DNA from: Octopus sinensis
Taxonomy: Eukaryota
Direction: 5' to 3'
DNA: 55,827 nt
Assembly: GCF_006345805.1 (NCBI RefSeq)
Contig: NW_021833738.1
Span: 1 to 55,827, forward strand
The translations under genes and the position numbers were made by a program. The notes under the pieces are model-generated. The model saw only the letters and a list, made by a program, of their open reading frames with translations, was not told where the DNA came from and searched no databases. This document shows, in pieces, positions 25,121 to 39,473 of the stretch (its first letter is position 1; every line of letters starts with the position of its first letter).

Positions 25121-25981
25121 CTGTGTCTATGTGTACGTGTGTGAGTGTGCATCGGCGTGTGAGAGGCTGAGAGAAAAGCGAGTGAGAGAGAAGAAATCAT
25201 TAGTCGATATATATTTTTTTTTTCTGGCTTAGATATACACATCTCAAACACCATAATTGCTAATTTACTATAAGTCATATCAGATCGAAAAGATGTAACA
25301 ATAAGTCATTTAAAACGAGAAGAGCAGAGGGCGAATATCGATAATAAATCCGAAAATCTCACCAGGTATAATTAGAAAACTTGAAGCTGTGTTGAGAAGA
25401 GTTTCCTCTTTATTCCCAATAATTAACATATTGACAAAACACGCCGCCATAATCCTGGACGTTCTTCAATGAGATGTAAATCTTTTTTGAAGAAACTCAC
25501 CACCGACACCTGTCCGAATGTAATATATTTTAATCGACATTACAATTTAGATAGGACCAGAAATATTGCAAAACACATTTTATGTCTTGTAAGTCTTCAG
25601 TCGTAAGAATAAAATATCAATAATGGCAAAATTACTATAAATTATAATAATATTACGGTAATCCGAAAATTCCAAGTTAATATCTCTTCTCAGCAATAAA
25701 TGTCACTCGTGAATTTATACATATTAAGCGCGGCAACCTATTCAACATATTCGAGAGAAATACTCAAATCGGAGTTTATACCATTTGAGAGGATATTACT
25801 TAAGAAAATGACTTACACCCATTCCTATATTACTTAAGTTATCTACAGGAAATATAAGGCGCTTGTTGCCAAATGAATTTGGGGATATTGGCCCGGCTTT
25901 ATTGACAGGGACAGAGAAAACGAAGCCCCATATCAGTTAGAATCTTTAGTTAACAATTGTATGAATGATGAGAACTAATAG

Positions 25982-26279
25982 TGTACATAATTCCTCATCT
26001 CATAAATATAGAACTGTATTATCTAATCGGTACAGAGCCGACATTAGACTTCAATAACTCCATCAAAATCTAGCTCGTCTTTCAAATCATTTAACTGTCC
26101 TATGTAGATGTAGAGACTCAAAGCTAATACCACTTAGCTTGAATATAATGACACCAGTGGATTCATATTAATTTAGAAGAGTAGCGGAAAGGGCAGGACA
26201 TGCCCTCGTCCGTGAGAGGATCCATTACAAACGTTACAAGATAAGGACAAATATCTATCAAATATAAATAATGTAAATA
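25982..26279 (+). repeat. Two fragments of the hammerhead-bearing repeat found at 50.2 and 51.4 kb
   Basis: 25982-26018 TGTACATAATTCCTCATCTCATAAATATAGAACTGTA and 26236-26279 ACAAGATAAGGACAAATATCTATCAAATATAAATAATGTAAATA match 51440-51520. Confidence 0.7.
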
Positions 26280-26692
26280 GTGAACTAATAACGCAGCTTG
26301 TCGACAGGACAGCAGTATGTATAGAAATATGTAACCGCAATGTTTGTTTGTCTTAGACACTACAAACACTGGGACAAAAAAGTATCTCAACGAAATATGT
26401 GGATGTATGCCTTTTGCTGCTAAGATAGAAATTTTGTCATCGAATAGTTGTAAAGGATTCTTCGGAAAATACTAATAAGGAGATTGAAATCTAATGATTT
26501 AAGAGATAGGGTTCCTTGTGGCATATAGCAGTTTGCTTTCTATAACCTACAGGGAGACGTGGTTGCAGCCCCAGTAAGCACTGCGGTATCATTCATGACG
26601 GTACGTGTCTCTTCTTACACACACACACACACACGCACATGCGCACGTGTGTATGTGTTTTTGATGTATGTATGTATGTATGTATGTATGTT

Positions 26693-26793
<101 letters not shown>

Positions 26794-26924
26794 GTGTGTG
26801 TGTGTGTGTGTGTTTCGGTGTCTGTGGATGTGTAAATAGGTATTAGGCTTTACAAAATAAGGAACCATACCTCTGGGAAGCAAACCTCTTCTCAGAACCA
26901 GGTCTCTCTCTCCCTCTCTCTTTC

Positions 26925-26984
<60 letters not shown>

Positions 26985-27606
26985 ATATGTACGTATGTTT
27001 GTGTGTGTGAGTGTGCATTTGTGTGCGTGTGTACATTTTCGAGTGCTCTGTAAATATTTATAAAGCAACAGGAGTTATTCGTGATCACAATTGTTCGAAT
27101 AACGAGGTTCTACTGTACATGAAAATAAATGTATACAGAGACAGAAAAAGAGAGAAAGAGAGACAGTGCTTGTGACAGAGAGACAGAGACAGAGACAGAG
27201 AGACAGACAGAGAGACAGACAGAAAATTTTATCTAATTTGCCTCGCAGGAAGGACTGTTTTAACGAAGTCGCGTCTTGTCCCTTGCTTCGAAACGCGGAG
27301 TAGATAAAACAGGGATAAACAGATGAAGGGAATGTTCTTTATGTTGCCTGTCTCGTTTCTCTATATGTTTTTTTTCGTTGTTCGAAAAAAAAGTTCATCT
27401 TCTATGATTTTCTTTTTTTATGTTCTCGTTTCTCCGTTTGTCTACGTGTTGTTGAAGTCCTGTACCCATATATGCATGGATATATACATATATATGTAGG
27501 TATGCACATATATGCATAGATTTATGTTATGTATATTATATTATATTGTATTATATTATATTGCACACACACACACACAAACACCACACACATATATATA
27601 TATATT

Positions 27607-27665
<59 letters not shown>

Positions 27666-28451
27666 CATACACACATATATATATATATATATTATATATA
27701 TATATATTATATATATATATATATGTTTGTGTTTGTGTGACGAGAGCGTGGGTGTATGTGTGCTAGAATGCTTTAAAGAATTTTCAAACTAAATATCTTG
27801 CTAAACTTAAACCAGTATGACTATGATTATAACATACGCAACTACCGAATTACGTTTAACGCGAAATTACTAATAAATATTCCACTATGCTTCAGAAATC
27901 AGAGGATATGCAGATACATAGTTCATTAAGTATCGATTATCGCTTATAATGACGTCATCAATTAAAGACAATCCCTATCTCATTAGTCAATATTTTCGCT
28001 AATGAGGCATTTGCATCATTAGCATTCCACTGTAATTGCGTTCTTTGATGATGCTAAATAATAGCAATTAGAGAACCGATGTTCTCTACAATATGAGGTA
28101 GATTTATCTGATGGAAGAGATAGGTTTGAACTTGTGGTTAGTTACACCTTAAATCCATTTTCATCTGCGTGGATATTTCCGGATTCCGTCTTTGATATAT
28201 ATCTCGACTTACGCATACATACAGAACGCATGCGCGTAAATAAGGATATACATCACCTCTCTCTCTTTCTCTCTCTCTATCTATCTGTTTATCTATGTAT
28301 TTATCTGTCTACCTATTATCTCTCTATCTCTCTATGTATGTATGTATATATGTATGTATGTATGTATATGTGAATGTATGTATGTATGTATATATGTACG
28401 TATCTATCTCTATCTATATATACTTTATTTAAAGCAGCAGAAAATTCTATC

Positions 28452-28535
<84 letters not shown>

Positions 28536-29726
28536 TGTGTGTGTATGTATGTGTGTGTGTGTGTGTGAGTATGTATACATCATCCGACGTATGTTCAATA
28601 AACATTTAATTACGCAGTAAAACATTATCGGAGATGTAATCCAAAGAACTAAAACAAAACTACATTGAAATGTCAGTTGATTGCTCCATCGTTATTCATG
28701 TATAAATACTAGACTTCCCAGCCGGAGTTTTCCAGTAAATAATACACTGTATTTTTGCCAGTCTCTTGAACCACAATGATGATACTTATAAATATATACA
28801 TATACTTATAAATATATACATATTTACATGCATAGATACATATATACACATACACACAAGCGCGCACACTCACACCCACCCGCACCCCTACATGTATATG
28901 TATGCACGTATATATGGAATCTAAATTTTGAGCTTGTTATTTGGAGCTATCCATACAATATTAATCTGTTAAATAAACGAATATTACTGTAAATATGGAT
29001 GCATTTTCATCTAGGGGAATGACAACGCTGTACTGAAGAAGCGAAGCCACAATAACTCTCGGTTGTTTACGGAAGAAATTTTTTTTATGACAATATATCT
29101 CGTAGACCTGCCATGCTTTTAGCATTGATTATTCCTTATCAATCAGCTTAAAGCCGCATATAGCTGACCGTGCTGAAATACTGGTTTCTGATGTTCAATT
29201 AAGATATTCTGCCTGGTTTCACCTAACGATATTTGTATCATCATAAAAAAAAAAAAATGAATGCAGAGCGAAATTGGTCGGCAAGAGCAACTATAGCTTC
29301 ATCTTCTGATGTATTGAGCTAAATTCTCGGAATGATGACAATTTGATTTTTCATTGCTCTAGCATTAATATTTGTTATGGCCAGATTTTCTTGTACATTC
29401 ATACGGTTTCTATTGCAAAACCTTGGAGATTCTTAGTTTCTACTATTTGTTCATTGTCTCAAATACTTTGAAAAGTGCATTCCTACTGTCTTCAGTCTTT
29501 CATTTCCTCCTTTTTTTCATGAATTTGTTTCAGTCATCTAAGCTGATTCCTGTTGTCCCTTGGGCCTGGGTGTTTTCAGACGCCATTTAGCATCATCTGC
29601 GGCCCTAACGATCCTTTTCTTTTACCTCGTAGTATAATCAATCGGTGTGTATTTGTGTACGTAATATTGTAATAGGAAAGTCAAAATATGTCAAGAAAGT
29701 CATAAAGCCGAATGAAAATAATAAAT

Positions 29727-29924
29727 GCGCAGGAGTGGCTGTGTGGTAAGTAGCTTGGTTACCAACCACATGGTTCCGGGTTCAGTCCCACTGCGTGGCA
29801 ACTTGGGCAAGTGTCTTCAACTATTGCCTAGGACCGACCAAAGCCTTGTTAGTGGATTTGGATGACGGAAACTGAAAGAAGCCCGTCGTATATATGCATA
29901 CACACACACACACACATATATATA

Positions 29925-29982
<58 letters not shown>

Positions 29983-30212
29983 TGTATGTATATGTTTGTG
30001 TGTCTCTATTTGTCCCCCCAACATCGTTTGATAACCGATGCTGGTGTGTTTACGTCTCCGTTACCTAGTGGTTCGGCAAGAGAAACCGATAGAATAAGGA
30101 CTAGGCTTACAAAGAATAAGTCCTGGGGTCGATTTGCTCGACTAAAGGCGGTGCTCCAGCATTGCCGCAGTCAAATGAATGAAACAAAGAAAAGAGTAAA
30201 AGAGTAAAGAGA
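29727..30212 (+). mobile_element. SINE family A, full length, little diverged
   Basis: GCGCAGGAGTGGCTGTGTGGTAAGTAG head through AAGGCGGTGCTCCAGCATTGCCGCAGTCAAATG and an (AAAAGAGT)n tail. Confidence 0.93.
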
Positions 30213-30347
30213 GAGTAATGGCAATAAGGAAAGCTCGAACTCTAAATAATATAAAAATGAAAGAAATATATTTAATATATGATGGTATACAATCTACACA
30301 AAAATGTGTGCGTATATGACAAGCAGAGTTTGTGTGTGTGTGTGTGT

Positions 30348-30385
<38 letters not shown>

Positions 30386-30619
30386 TGGTGTGCGCATGTA
30401 CTAGCGAGAATGTATGAGTGTTTGAGGCTGTGTGTGCTGTATGTGCATGAGGAACAGTATGTCTGTGCGTGAGGGAGAGAGAATGAGAGAAAGATAACGA
30501 TAGAAAAATAGATATAGAGAGAGAAAGAGAGAAAGAGAGAGAGAGAGAGATAATATAATTTGCTGTGAGTGTATGAATGTGTATAGGATGTATGTGTGTG
30601 AAAGTGTACATGAGTGCTG

Positions 30620-30880
30620 CATATCTATAAAGCCGATTGGAACCAAACAGTGTGTCGTTAGTCAGCGGGAGGAGTAGCATCGTCCTCTACGGGTCCGTCA
30701 CATTTAGTTGGCAATTATATTTTGAGATTCTGTACTGCTACTGTTTGCTTCCCGTTATGAGATTTAATATTGCCTTATACATGCATACATACATACATAC
30801 ATACATACATACAAATATAAACATATACACAACAAACACACATACATATATATATACATACACACATCCATCTATCCATC

Positions 30881-30923
<43 letters not shown>

Positions 30924-31741
30924 GGAGTTGAGACGACGTAAGCAAGCTGTATGTATGTGAAAATGGATGAGTCCTGCTTGTGTGTGAGAAAAAACTGTGT
31001 AAGTGTACTGTGTTTACACGCTGTTTGCATGTTAGAGAAAGAGAGTCTGAGAGGCAGAGACAGAGTGCTTGAGTGTGAAAGAGGCTCTCAGTGTGTAGAA
31101 CATTCTATTGAAACAATAGTGACAACCTGATCTCTAAATAGAAATCGAATCGAGTTGTATTTAAAATTCCTATTTGAATATTTGAAGACTCCTAAACTTG
31201 ATTTAAAAAAAAGAAGACCTCTCAAAACAATGACTTGATCAGCCATATATTTACGTCTTGAAGGGAAATCAATGAAATCGAAGTGAGAGGAAGTCCTTGT
31301 TGTCCCCAATATAAACGGTCCTTTTGAGAGTGCGTGCATGTGTATGTGCGTCGTTGTGCGTGTTTGCGCGCGCGCGCGCGTGTGTGTTTGAAAGCGGGAA
31401 GGAGATTGAGAGGGAGAGCGAGATGTCTTCTTATCAGAGAAAGAATGGGAGAGAAAAGGCAAGAGAAAAAGAGGAATTTTCGAGGAAGAGAGACAGAGAG
31501 AGGATCTATACGAGAGAAAGGCGAGAGGAAATCTTGCATGCGTGTGTGGTAGAGAGTATACGTGTGAGAGAGAAAGAGTGGAGGCACGTGCGTGAGTTCG
31601 AGCTGTACGTGTGTCACAGACAGTGCGTGCAAGCGAGCGAAAGAGAGAGAGAGAGAGAGCGAGAGAGCGACAGACAGACAAACAGACAGATAGACAGAGA
31701 TTGAGAGTGAGTGATAGTGTGTATGTGTGTGTTAAGCCGCC
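30620..31741 (+). promoter_or_regulatory. Putative promoter / 5' UTR region
   Basis: ATTGG (reverse CCAAT) near 30637, TCAGT Inr-like near 31087, TATAAA at 31310-31315, (GC)n and GA-rich tracts. It ends at a perfect Kozak ATG plus donor. These motifs are individually weak. Confidence 0.35.
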
Positions 31742-31744
31742 ATG
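31742..31744 (+). CDS. Candidate start-codon-only end of a first coding exon (GCCGCC-ATG|GTAAAT)
   Basis: Perfect GCCGCCATGG at 31736-31745, immediately overlapping a canonical 5' splice site, in AT-rich DNA. Confidence 0.45.
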
Positions 31745-32667
31745 GTAAATTTTACTAATGAATTTGTACGAATAAAACTATTTTCATCTCTAATGTCTGT
31801 CTGTGTATTCTTCTTCTCATTCTTCGTCCTTCGTGGCAAATAAAAGAAATTTTCATCATCATCATATTCATCATCATCACCACCACCGCCACCACCACCA
31901 TGATCCATCATCAACATCATCATCATTATAATTATCACCGTCGTCGTCGTCGTCATCATCATCATCATCATCACTGTTATGGCGATTGTTTTTTTTTATT
32001 TAAAAAATTTTTTTTATTGTTGTGGCGTCTTTTGTTGATTATTAATATTATAATCATCTTCGATGTCACGGTCTTTGTTCTGATCAGTAACACAACTTTC
32101 ATTACCGCCAAGTAAAGTTGATGCTTTCTTCAAATCTATTCATTTAGTCGCAAAACGAATTGTAAACTCGGATTGAAGCCAAAAGAAAAACAGAAATATA
32201 TCAACATAAAACAACGAAGTTCTATAAAACAGCAACTACAACAACATCAACAAAAGTACAAGTGTTTCAAATAGTTTCAACGTGAAAGGCTAAAATGTCA
32301 CAAATTGTAGTATTGTTGGTCAGTAAAAGATGCGTTGGTATTGGTATGGAATATAATGGATGGTATTTCAGCAGACGTGATATCTGTTTGTATGCTATAG
32401 CCAACACCGTGTCTACTGAGATGGACTGGTACTGACTGGTACAACTACTGACTGTCTAGACAATCTTTTCAGCATTTAAATAATGAACAAATCAAATAGT
32501 ATCTGCGTGCGTCGGTATATATGAACATATGTGGGTGTTTATATGTGGGTGTTTATATGTATATATGTATATATGTATATATGTAATATGTATTAATATA
32601 TATATATATATTATATATATATATATTCATGTATGTATGTATGTATATATATATATATACATGTATG

Positions 32668-32711
<44 letters not shown>

Positions 32712-32720
32712 CACACACAA

Positions 32721-32760
<40 letters not shown>

Positions 32761-32762
<2 letters not shown>

Positions 32763-34080
32763 TTAATCAAAATAAGCAACAAGGATATCCAAAGGTAGTG
32801 TAGTACAATCCTTTCATGCTACTTCATTTAATTAAACAATGTAATTATTAGATCAGTTTTAAAATGTAGAGCACTCTTCAGCCACATATGGAATTTTTAA
32901 AATGAAATTGACAATGTTCATTTTTATACTTATTCCATTTGCCAACATTACAAAGAAGGTACGTAATAAAGACAGGGTGGTGTATTCCATCAATAAAAAC
33001 GTGCTTGTAGAAGATCTTAACTCATGGGCAGATTTTTATCACTGAGTTCACTTTCTTATTTAGATTTACCAATGGGGAGGGGGTTTTCTATTAAGTTCAG
33101 TGGAGACAATCAAGACCTTTTCTATTTATAGATAGAGGAAGGGGCAGTTTAAATCCAAACTTTTTATGAGGAATTTAACTCTGGTACATTTGACTGTATT
33201 TCAGCTAAAGTTAGTATGCTGAAGCTAGTTGGGTAGGAAGAATATAGACTTCTAATGCTCTTACCATTTAACATCCAAAATCCTACTTGTGATTTTAAAT
33301 AAATATTTCTTTGATAGTTTTTTCCAAATGATTCTAATAAATTTTACTATCTTATATAGGGGAGTATAGAAGTCATTTCATATTTATAAATATATATATA
33401 TCATATTATTATTAATATAGATTTATAGTTAGTTAGTAAGTAATAATTTATTTGTATTAATGATTTAAATTCAAGGAATATGCTAGACATATTATTTATT
33501 TCCTGCAAAAAAAAACAACTTATCAATTAGCACATATATCAAGAGCCTAAAATATTTTAAAGTGTAATGGAAGGGAGGTAATCAAGATGAATTTAAAAAT
33601 TTCAATAGATATATGGAATTCATGCAATAATATGTAGATAAAGTTTAAAAAGATTTTATTTCACTTTATTCAATTTATTTATAATATTAAATTTCTTAAT
33701 AATTTATGCAGGTTAGATAAAAACTAGTATAGTATATTATTTCTTTATTTGGTTACAAAACATTAAGATTTGAAAATTTAGGAATAGTCAGAATGCTATT
33801 ATTTAAAATACTTAAAAGTACGGGTGGCACAATGTTTGCAGGATGCTCCTAGATCAAAACGGTTATTCAATAAGTTTATATTATAACAATAATTACAGCT
33901 GCATAAATACATAGAATTTATTTAAATTCAAACAGATGCTCACATTAGTATAATTTTACATTAACAACCAAGAAGGTAAGGAGATAGACAAAGAACATGC
34001 TGTCTTTACTTCAGCTTCGAATCTAATAAGGTATCAGGAAGAAACACTTGTTAGAGATCTAGTTCGTCACCGTTTTGGGG
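32761..34080 (-). mobile_element. Highly decayed Penelope-like element (linker + GIY-YIG remnants, 3' hammerhead)
   Basis: Minus-strand fragments LPPFHYTLK..LIDKLFF.GNK, TAPSSIYK and LNKKVNSVIKICP recall the PLE linker and endonuclease end, with many stops. A hammerhead-like motif lies at the 3' end. Confidence 0.5.
32795..32890 (-). ncRNA. Degenerate type I hammerhead ribozyme
   Basis: Minus strand: stem I AUGUGG/CUACA, CUGAAGA (32881-32875), stem II GUGCU/AGCAU with a long AU loop, GAAA (32815-32812) and GUA cleavage triplet. A G:G mismatch sits at stem III position 2. Confidence 0.5.
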
Positions 34081-34208
34081 TTTAGTTATATGTATTAATT
34101 ATTATTAAAATATATATACATATATACATAAATATATATATGCATATACATGTGTGTATATATATATATATGCGTATCTATATTTACACATATATACATA
34201 CATGTATG

Positions 34209-34260
<52 letters not shown>

Positions 34261-34361
34261 TATATATAATATATATATATATATTTGTATGCACGTGTAT
34301 ATACAAATATACATACATATACATATATACATACATATACATGTATACATATATATATATA

Positions 34362-34715
34362 TAGCACAGGAGTTGGTGCGTGGTGTGTAGCTTGCTTACT
34401 AACCACATGGATCCGGGTTCGGTCCCACTGCGTGGCACCTTCGGCAAGTATCTTCTACTATACTCTCTGTCCGACCAAAGCTTCGTGAGTGCATTTGGTA
34501 GATGATAACTGAAGTAAGCCTCTTCTCTCTCTATATATATATATATAATATATATATATATAATGGTTTGCGTGTCTGTGTTTGTCACCCCCAAAATTGC
34601 TTGACAACCGATGCTGATGTGTTTACCTCCCTGTAACTTAGCGGTTTGGAAAAAGAGACCCATAGAATAAGTACTAGGTTTACAAAGAATACTTCCTGGT
34701 GTCGATTTGTTCGAT
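34362..34715 (+). mobile_element. SINE family A, tail truncated
   Basis: Head gtgtagcttgcttactaaccacatggatccgggttcggtcccactgcgtggcacc and 3' half through ggtgtcgatttgttcgat. Confidence 0.88.
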
Positions 34716-35556
34716 TATATATATATGCATGTGCGTTTGTATATATATGTGTGTGTGTGTGTGTGTGCGTTTATATATATGTATATAAACGCACACGTAC
34801 ACACACATATATATACTTACATAGTTACACATACATACATATATGGATGAGAATGCGTGTGTAAATATAAGCATGTATATATATATATATATATATATGT
34901 TTGTGTGTGTGTATGTTTGTATGTGTGTGAGTATGTGTGCGTGTGTGTGTGTTTGTATGCGTACATTAAGTGAGAAGGCATCCGTGAGTCCAGGTGATTA
35001 AACCAGCCAGCACTTCTGCGAAGACCTTATTCCAGAATGTGAAGGAAGAACAAATTCTCTATTTTAAAATAGTTATGTCACGCAAACCAAAAGGAAATCA
35101 TGATATTTATCCCTAGTGATAGGGAGTAAACACTAAATGAAGTAAAACTGTCCTGGTATTACATTTATTCCGTAGTTTACTATAAATGGCAAAATATATA
35201 ACACACATGTTCACAATGGTTATGACTGCATGGCTCTTGGTTTACCATTATACTATATGTATTACATAATCTATATGAGGTTGTCATCATTGTCTTCCAT
35301 ATGTTCAATGATGTATTATTTGACCTCTTTGAAAGACCGATAGGTATGTGATTTTAATGAATTTTCATTAGATTTTTCTCATGATATCTGAAAAGAAAGA
35401 ACAATTTTCGGCAAACATATTAAGCAAAGCTAATAATAAATAAATCAAAGAAGATTAAAATCAACAAGCTTTTGACGGTTTTATAGATATTTCAAAATTA
35501 TGATGTCCAACCCCTGTATGTACGTATATATATATATATATATATACATACATACA

Positions 35557-35620
<64 letters not shown>

Positions 35621-35657
35621 ATATATATATATACGTACATACATACATTCATATATA

Positions 35658-35713
<56 letters not shown>

Positions 35714-36102
35714 ATAAAAATATATATAAAAATACAAAATATTACAATTACGCAAAATATTCAAATAGAAGACACAAAAAACGGACGGGTCATTCGAAGC
35801 CTCTAATCTTCTATCAAGAACCGGATCATCCTCGCAATTTCGGCTGATTAATCTTGAGATCGCTCCGATACGGCCAGCCCCAAGGAAAAACTAAGTTACG
35901 AGCATTAGATTTCTTGGAAAAAGCATCGAATGTATACGAAACAAGGACAGAAAAACGGACGATGCCACACGAATATAAATACAAAAAACAATAATAATAA
36001 TAACAGGACAAAAACATCAACAACAAGACCAACATGAGTCATACGACTTTAGACAGTTCAACTTAGCTTAGATGGCGTATTTGGAAAATATTGCCTTACG
36101 TC

Positions 36103-36430
36103 ATATTTAAAATAAGGGTGAGAAATTAGATATTAATTTAATTAACATCGATTTCACACCAGTGGTCTAGCATTTAAAAAAAATGAGGTTCAGTAAAACT
36201 GTATAATACCTATATTAGAGGGAAACCACTATGTGGACACCCATATGTTAGAAATAGATCCGCTACAGTTTCACGACCAAGAAATGTTCTCAAGAAAAAT
36301 TTTGCAAAACAACCAAAACGTAATCGAGCAAGATAAAAGAAAAAGTAATAAAAATAAGGATTATTCGTATACATCCGTAGCAGATCTATTTCTAGCGTAT
36401 GGATGTCCACATAGTGGTTTCCCTCTAATA
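36103..36430. mobile_element. MITE-like element with about 55-bp inner inverted repeats (36211-36266 / 36377-36430), related to the 43.95-kb fold-back
   Basis: TATATTAGAGGGAAACCACTATGTGGACACCCATATGTTAGAAATAGATC versus its reverse complement. The upstream AGGGTGAGAAATT..CACCAGT block is shared with 38179-38239 and resembles the 43951 arm. Confidence 0.75.
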
Positions 36431-37222
36431 TATATTCTATATATTTATAAGCATTTAATGCTTAACTTTTGGCATGTTTATCGTGTTAAATTTCCGTTTT
36501 TTCACCTCACTTGAAAACGACTACGTTAAATTGGTTTCATGTCCTCAACTTCTTCAATGCACTCTAAATACGTATTGATTCCCATCGTCCGTGTATGCAT
36601 GTCTGGCAGCTTGTTTACATCCACAATGTTCTACCCACATATCGTCGCACGCTTATGAACAGTCTCACATCAATTACTCTAGTTGATTTGTTCATGTCAA
36701 AAATTGCAACATAATTCGATATATAAAACATATGCCTACGCTATAATAAATTCGATTATAGTTATCGCATGCAGCGTTATAAAATGTCAAGGCATATGCA
36801 CGATGTTGTGAGATAACCAAGAAATATAATTAGAAAACACTTGAAAACAGGATGTTACGGGACCTGAAATTATGACACACTTAATTCATTTATGAAGAGA
36901 CACTCCAGAGAAGAAAAAATATAATTGAAACAAAACGGAGAAAAATGAAAGCAAATAATTGTACGAGTTTAATCATCCAGCACATTTGATCGACCTAATA
37001 ATTTAATGAGTATGCCTCTATTTGGACGTCAACTACGTTACTTTAATCAGGTGGTGATGCTTAGCTAGTAAATGCGTAAATAAAAATATAATTAAGCAAA
37101 TAAAATGAATCTTCCCAAATTATAGACACCCGCAATCATAAAAACATGAATGATTATAACTACATCCATATATAAATGAATGTACACACATATATAAAAA
37201 TGCATATATGTTTATGTAACTG

Positions 37223-37254
<32 letters not shown>

Positions 37255-37292
37255 GTGTGACTTTAAATAGTACGTTTATATCTATGTATATT

Positions 37293-37362
<70 letters not shown>

Positions 37363-37789
37363 ATATATATATTTATATTTATATATATACTAAAAATGTA
37401 AGCAGTTAAATACGCATAACTACATACAACTTTACACACACACGCGCGCGTGTGTATACATGGCTATTGATTTCTACACAAGAATATAGAATTTCAGTGT
37501 CAGCTGAATTGTTGTCATCTTGTGCTAACATTAATCCAAGTCATTTCCAATTAATACTTTCCAAAGACCTCTTTATTCTTATACAATAAGAAAGATATTA
37601 ACATCTGGCAGAAACAGTGAACGTTTTATTTGGCTCCCATTCAAATTTTAACATCCTTAGCAGACATTTCTCTTACATTGTAATATATAAGCTGTGTTGT
37701 CAATTATCGGATTTTAGGTCTGGATTTTTGCTTCACATTTAATCATGTGTTAGTCATAAAATTGAAACGAACGTGTTCAAAGATCATAC

Positions 37790-37864
37790 CGCAATAACAA
37801 AAGAAACGCGTGCAGAGAAATACGATGTTGTCGTTGACGTTGTTGCTGCTTTCGTTGTTGTCTC

Positions 37865-37900
<36 letters not shown>

Positions 37901-38026
37901 AGCTGTGTTGTGCGTAGCGGTTTGCATTGAAGATGGCGCTGATGAATTATGCTGGGTGTTGGTATTTGTGTTGCAGGTGGCGATTATTGATTCGATTAAG
38001 CGTGTCTCTTTGTTTGGAGTGGGAAT
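37790..38026 (-). CDS. Candidate exon encoding a Thr-rich mucin-like stalk (IPTPNKETRLIESIIATC...TATTTTTTTTTTTTETTTKAATTSTTTSYFSARVSFVIA)
   Basis: Acceptor gatttgattttcgcag| at 38027, donor GCG|GTATGA at 37789 (or in-frame stop two codons later). It is 237 nt with only one open frame, and the ACA repeat decays into ACG/GCA/TCA codons, keeping Thr/Ala/Ser. Confidence 0.55.
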
Positions 38027-38094
38027 CTGCGAAAATCAAATCAAATCATTATACCAAACAAGTCGATTTATATACCATATGCGCCGATATAAAT

Positions 38095-38145
<51 letters not shown>

Positions 38146-38178
38146 ATGTATGTATGTGTATATATCTGATTTAATTTT

Positions 38179-38239
38179 ATATTTAAAATTAGGGTGAGAA
38201 ATTAGACATTAATTTAATTAACATCGATTTCACACCAGT
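38179..38239 (+). repeat. 61-bp dispersed repeat, copy of 36103-36163
   Basis: The two copies differ at two positions by eye. Confidence 0.9.
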
Positions 38240-38246
38240 ATATACC

Positions 38247-38285
<39 letters not shown>

Positions 38286-38752
38286 TTATATATGTATATA
38301 TGTATGCATAGATAGATAAAAAGATAGATAGAGAGATAGGTGTGTGTGTATGTGTACAAACACACGGACACACACAGATGTATATGTGTAAATTTGTATA
38401 TACATGTATATACATAACTGATTTATATCCACTATTAAACTATTGGAAATATTAGCTTAAATAGAAATTAATATTTAAACACCTTCTTCATATGATTTTG
38501 TTGTGAAGCGAAAATAAATATAGTCCCCTGCGTGACTGATTCACATCTTCCTAACTGCTCCTCACAGAGATATATTTGCCTCATTCGCGAATGAATAACA
38601 GAGAAAGGGAATCTGTTATATAAATCAGTCAAGAATGAGTCTAACTTCGCGGATGGAATAGCGTATTCCGTACACTTTTGTATTTAATTCTCGCTATTAA
38701 TCGGAAAAACTTATGCTGTATATGAAAATCAGCCTGAAGCAGAAGAACTGAC

Positions 38753-38801
38753 ATGCGTTTCAATATTGCCAAACTTAGCTCGAAGGAATTTGTAAACGCA
38801 A
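38753..38801 (-). CDS. Candidate 49-nt exon (CVYKFLRAKFGNIETH)
   Basis: Acceptor ataatttctcttcag| and donor CAT|GTCAGT. Phase 2 to 0 joins in frame to 37790-38026. Confidence 0.35.
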
Positions 38802-39034
38802 CTGAAGAGAAATTATGGCATGGTCTCTCAAAGGACTGATTCATAATTTATTATCGATAAGGGGTCTTACCTAAAAAATGTTCATTTTCCGTTAATTTCT
38901 AATGCAACGACATTAGTTCGAGCAGTGGATGTTTACTCGCTACCTCTTTCGTCTCGCATAATCAATCATATTATTTGTCAGACCTTATTTCTTGTATCAG
39001 ATGCACCTTGCTAAAAATATCCAAATGTTTATGC

Positions 39035-39104
<70 letters not shown>

Positions 39105-39473
39105 GTGTGTGTGTATGTGTAAGTGTGTGTGTGTGTGTGTGTAAGTGTGTGTATATCTACGTGCATATATACATGTGTATGCACGCACGTGTATCTGCGT
39201 TCTTTTATTATTTTATTCTTTTACTCGTTTCAGTCATTTGACTGAATATAATATTTGACCATTTATAATATATATACACACACATGGACTCGACCACACA
39301 CACACGTACACACACACACACACACGCACACATACGTAAAACAGATATATCAAAGATAAAATTCAAGGGCAGAAGAAAAGACTTAGATAAATGTGTTAGA
39401 AGTTATATATATATATAAGCAATATTAAATCTCTGAGCGAGGTATAAACAGAAGCTGCACGATGTCATCAAAG

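Noticed and set aside
27250-27305. TTAACGAAG...CTTCGAAACGCGG hammerhead-like string
   Set aside because: The core and cleavage triplet do not fit. At best it is a heavily decayed copy.
35780-35900. GGCTG...CAGCC-GAAA on the minus strand, and an HDV-like CGAATG end
   Set aside because: There is no CUGANGA core in position and no P1/P2 partners for an HDV fold.
37773-38174. Plus-strand poly-Val ORF
   Set aside because: It runs into (TA)n, and the antisense Thr-rich frame has better splice sites and more natural composition. A plus-strand acceptor (ttgcag|G near 37977) exists, so this is not fully excluded.
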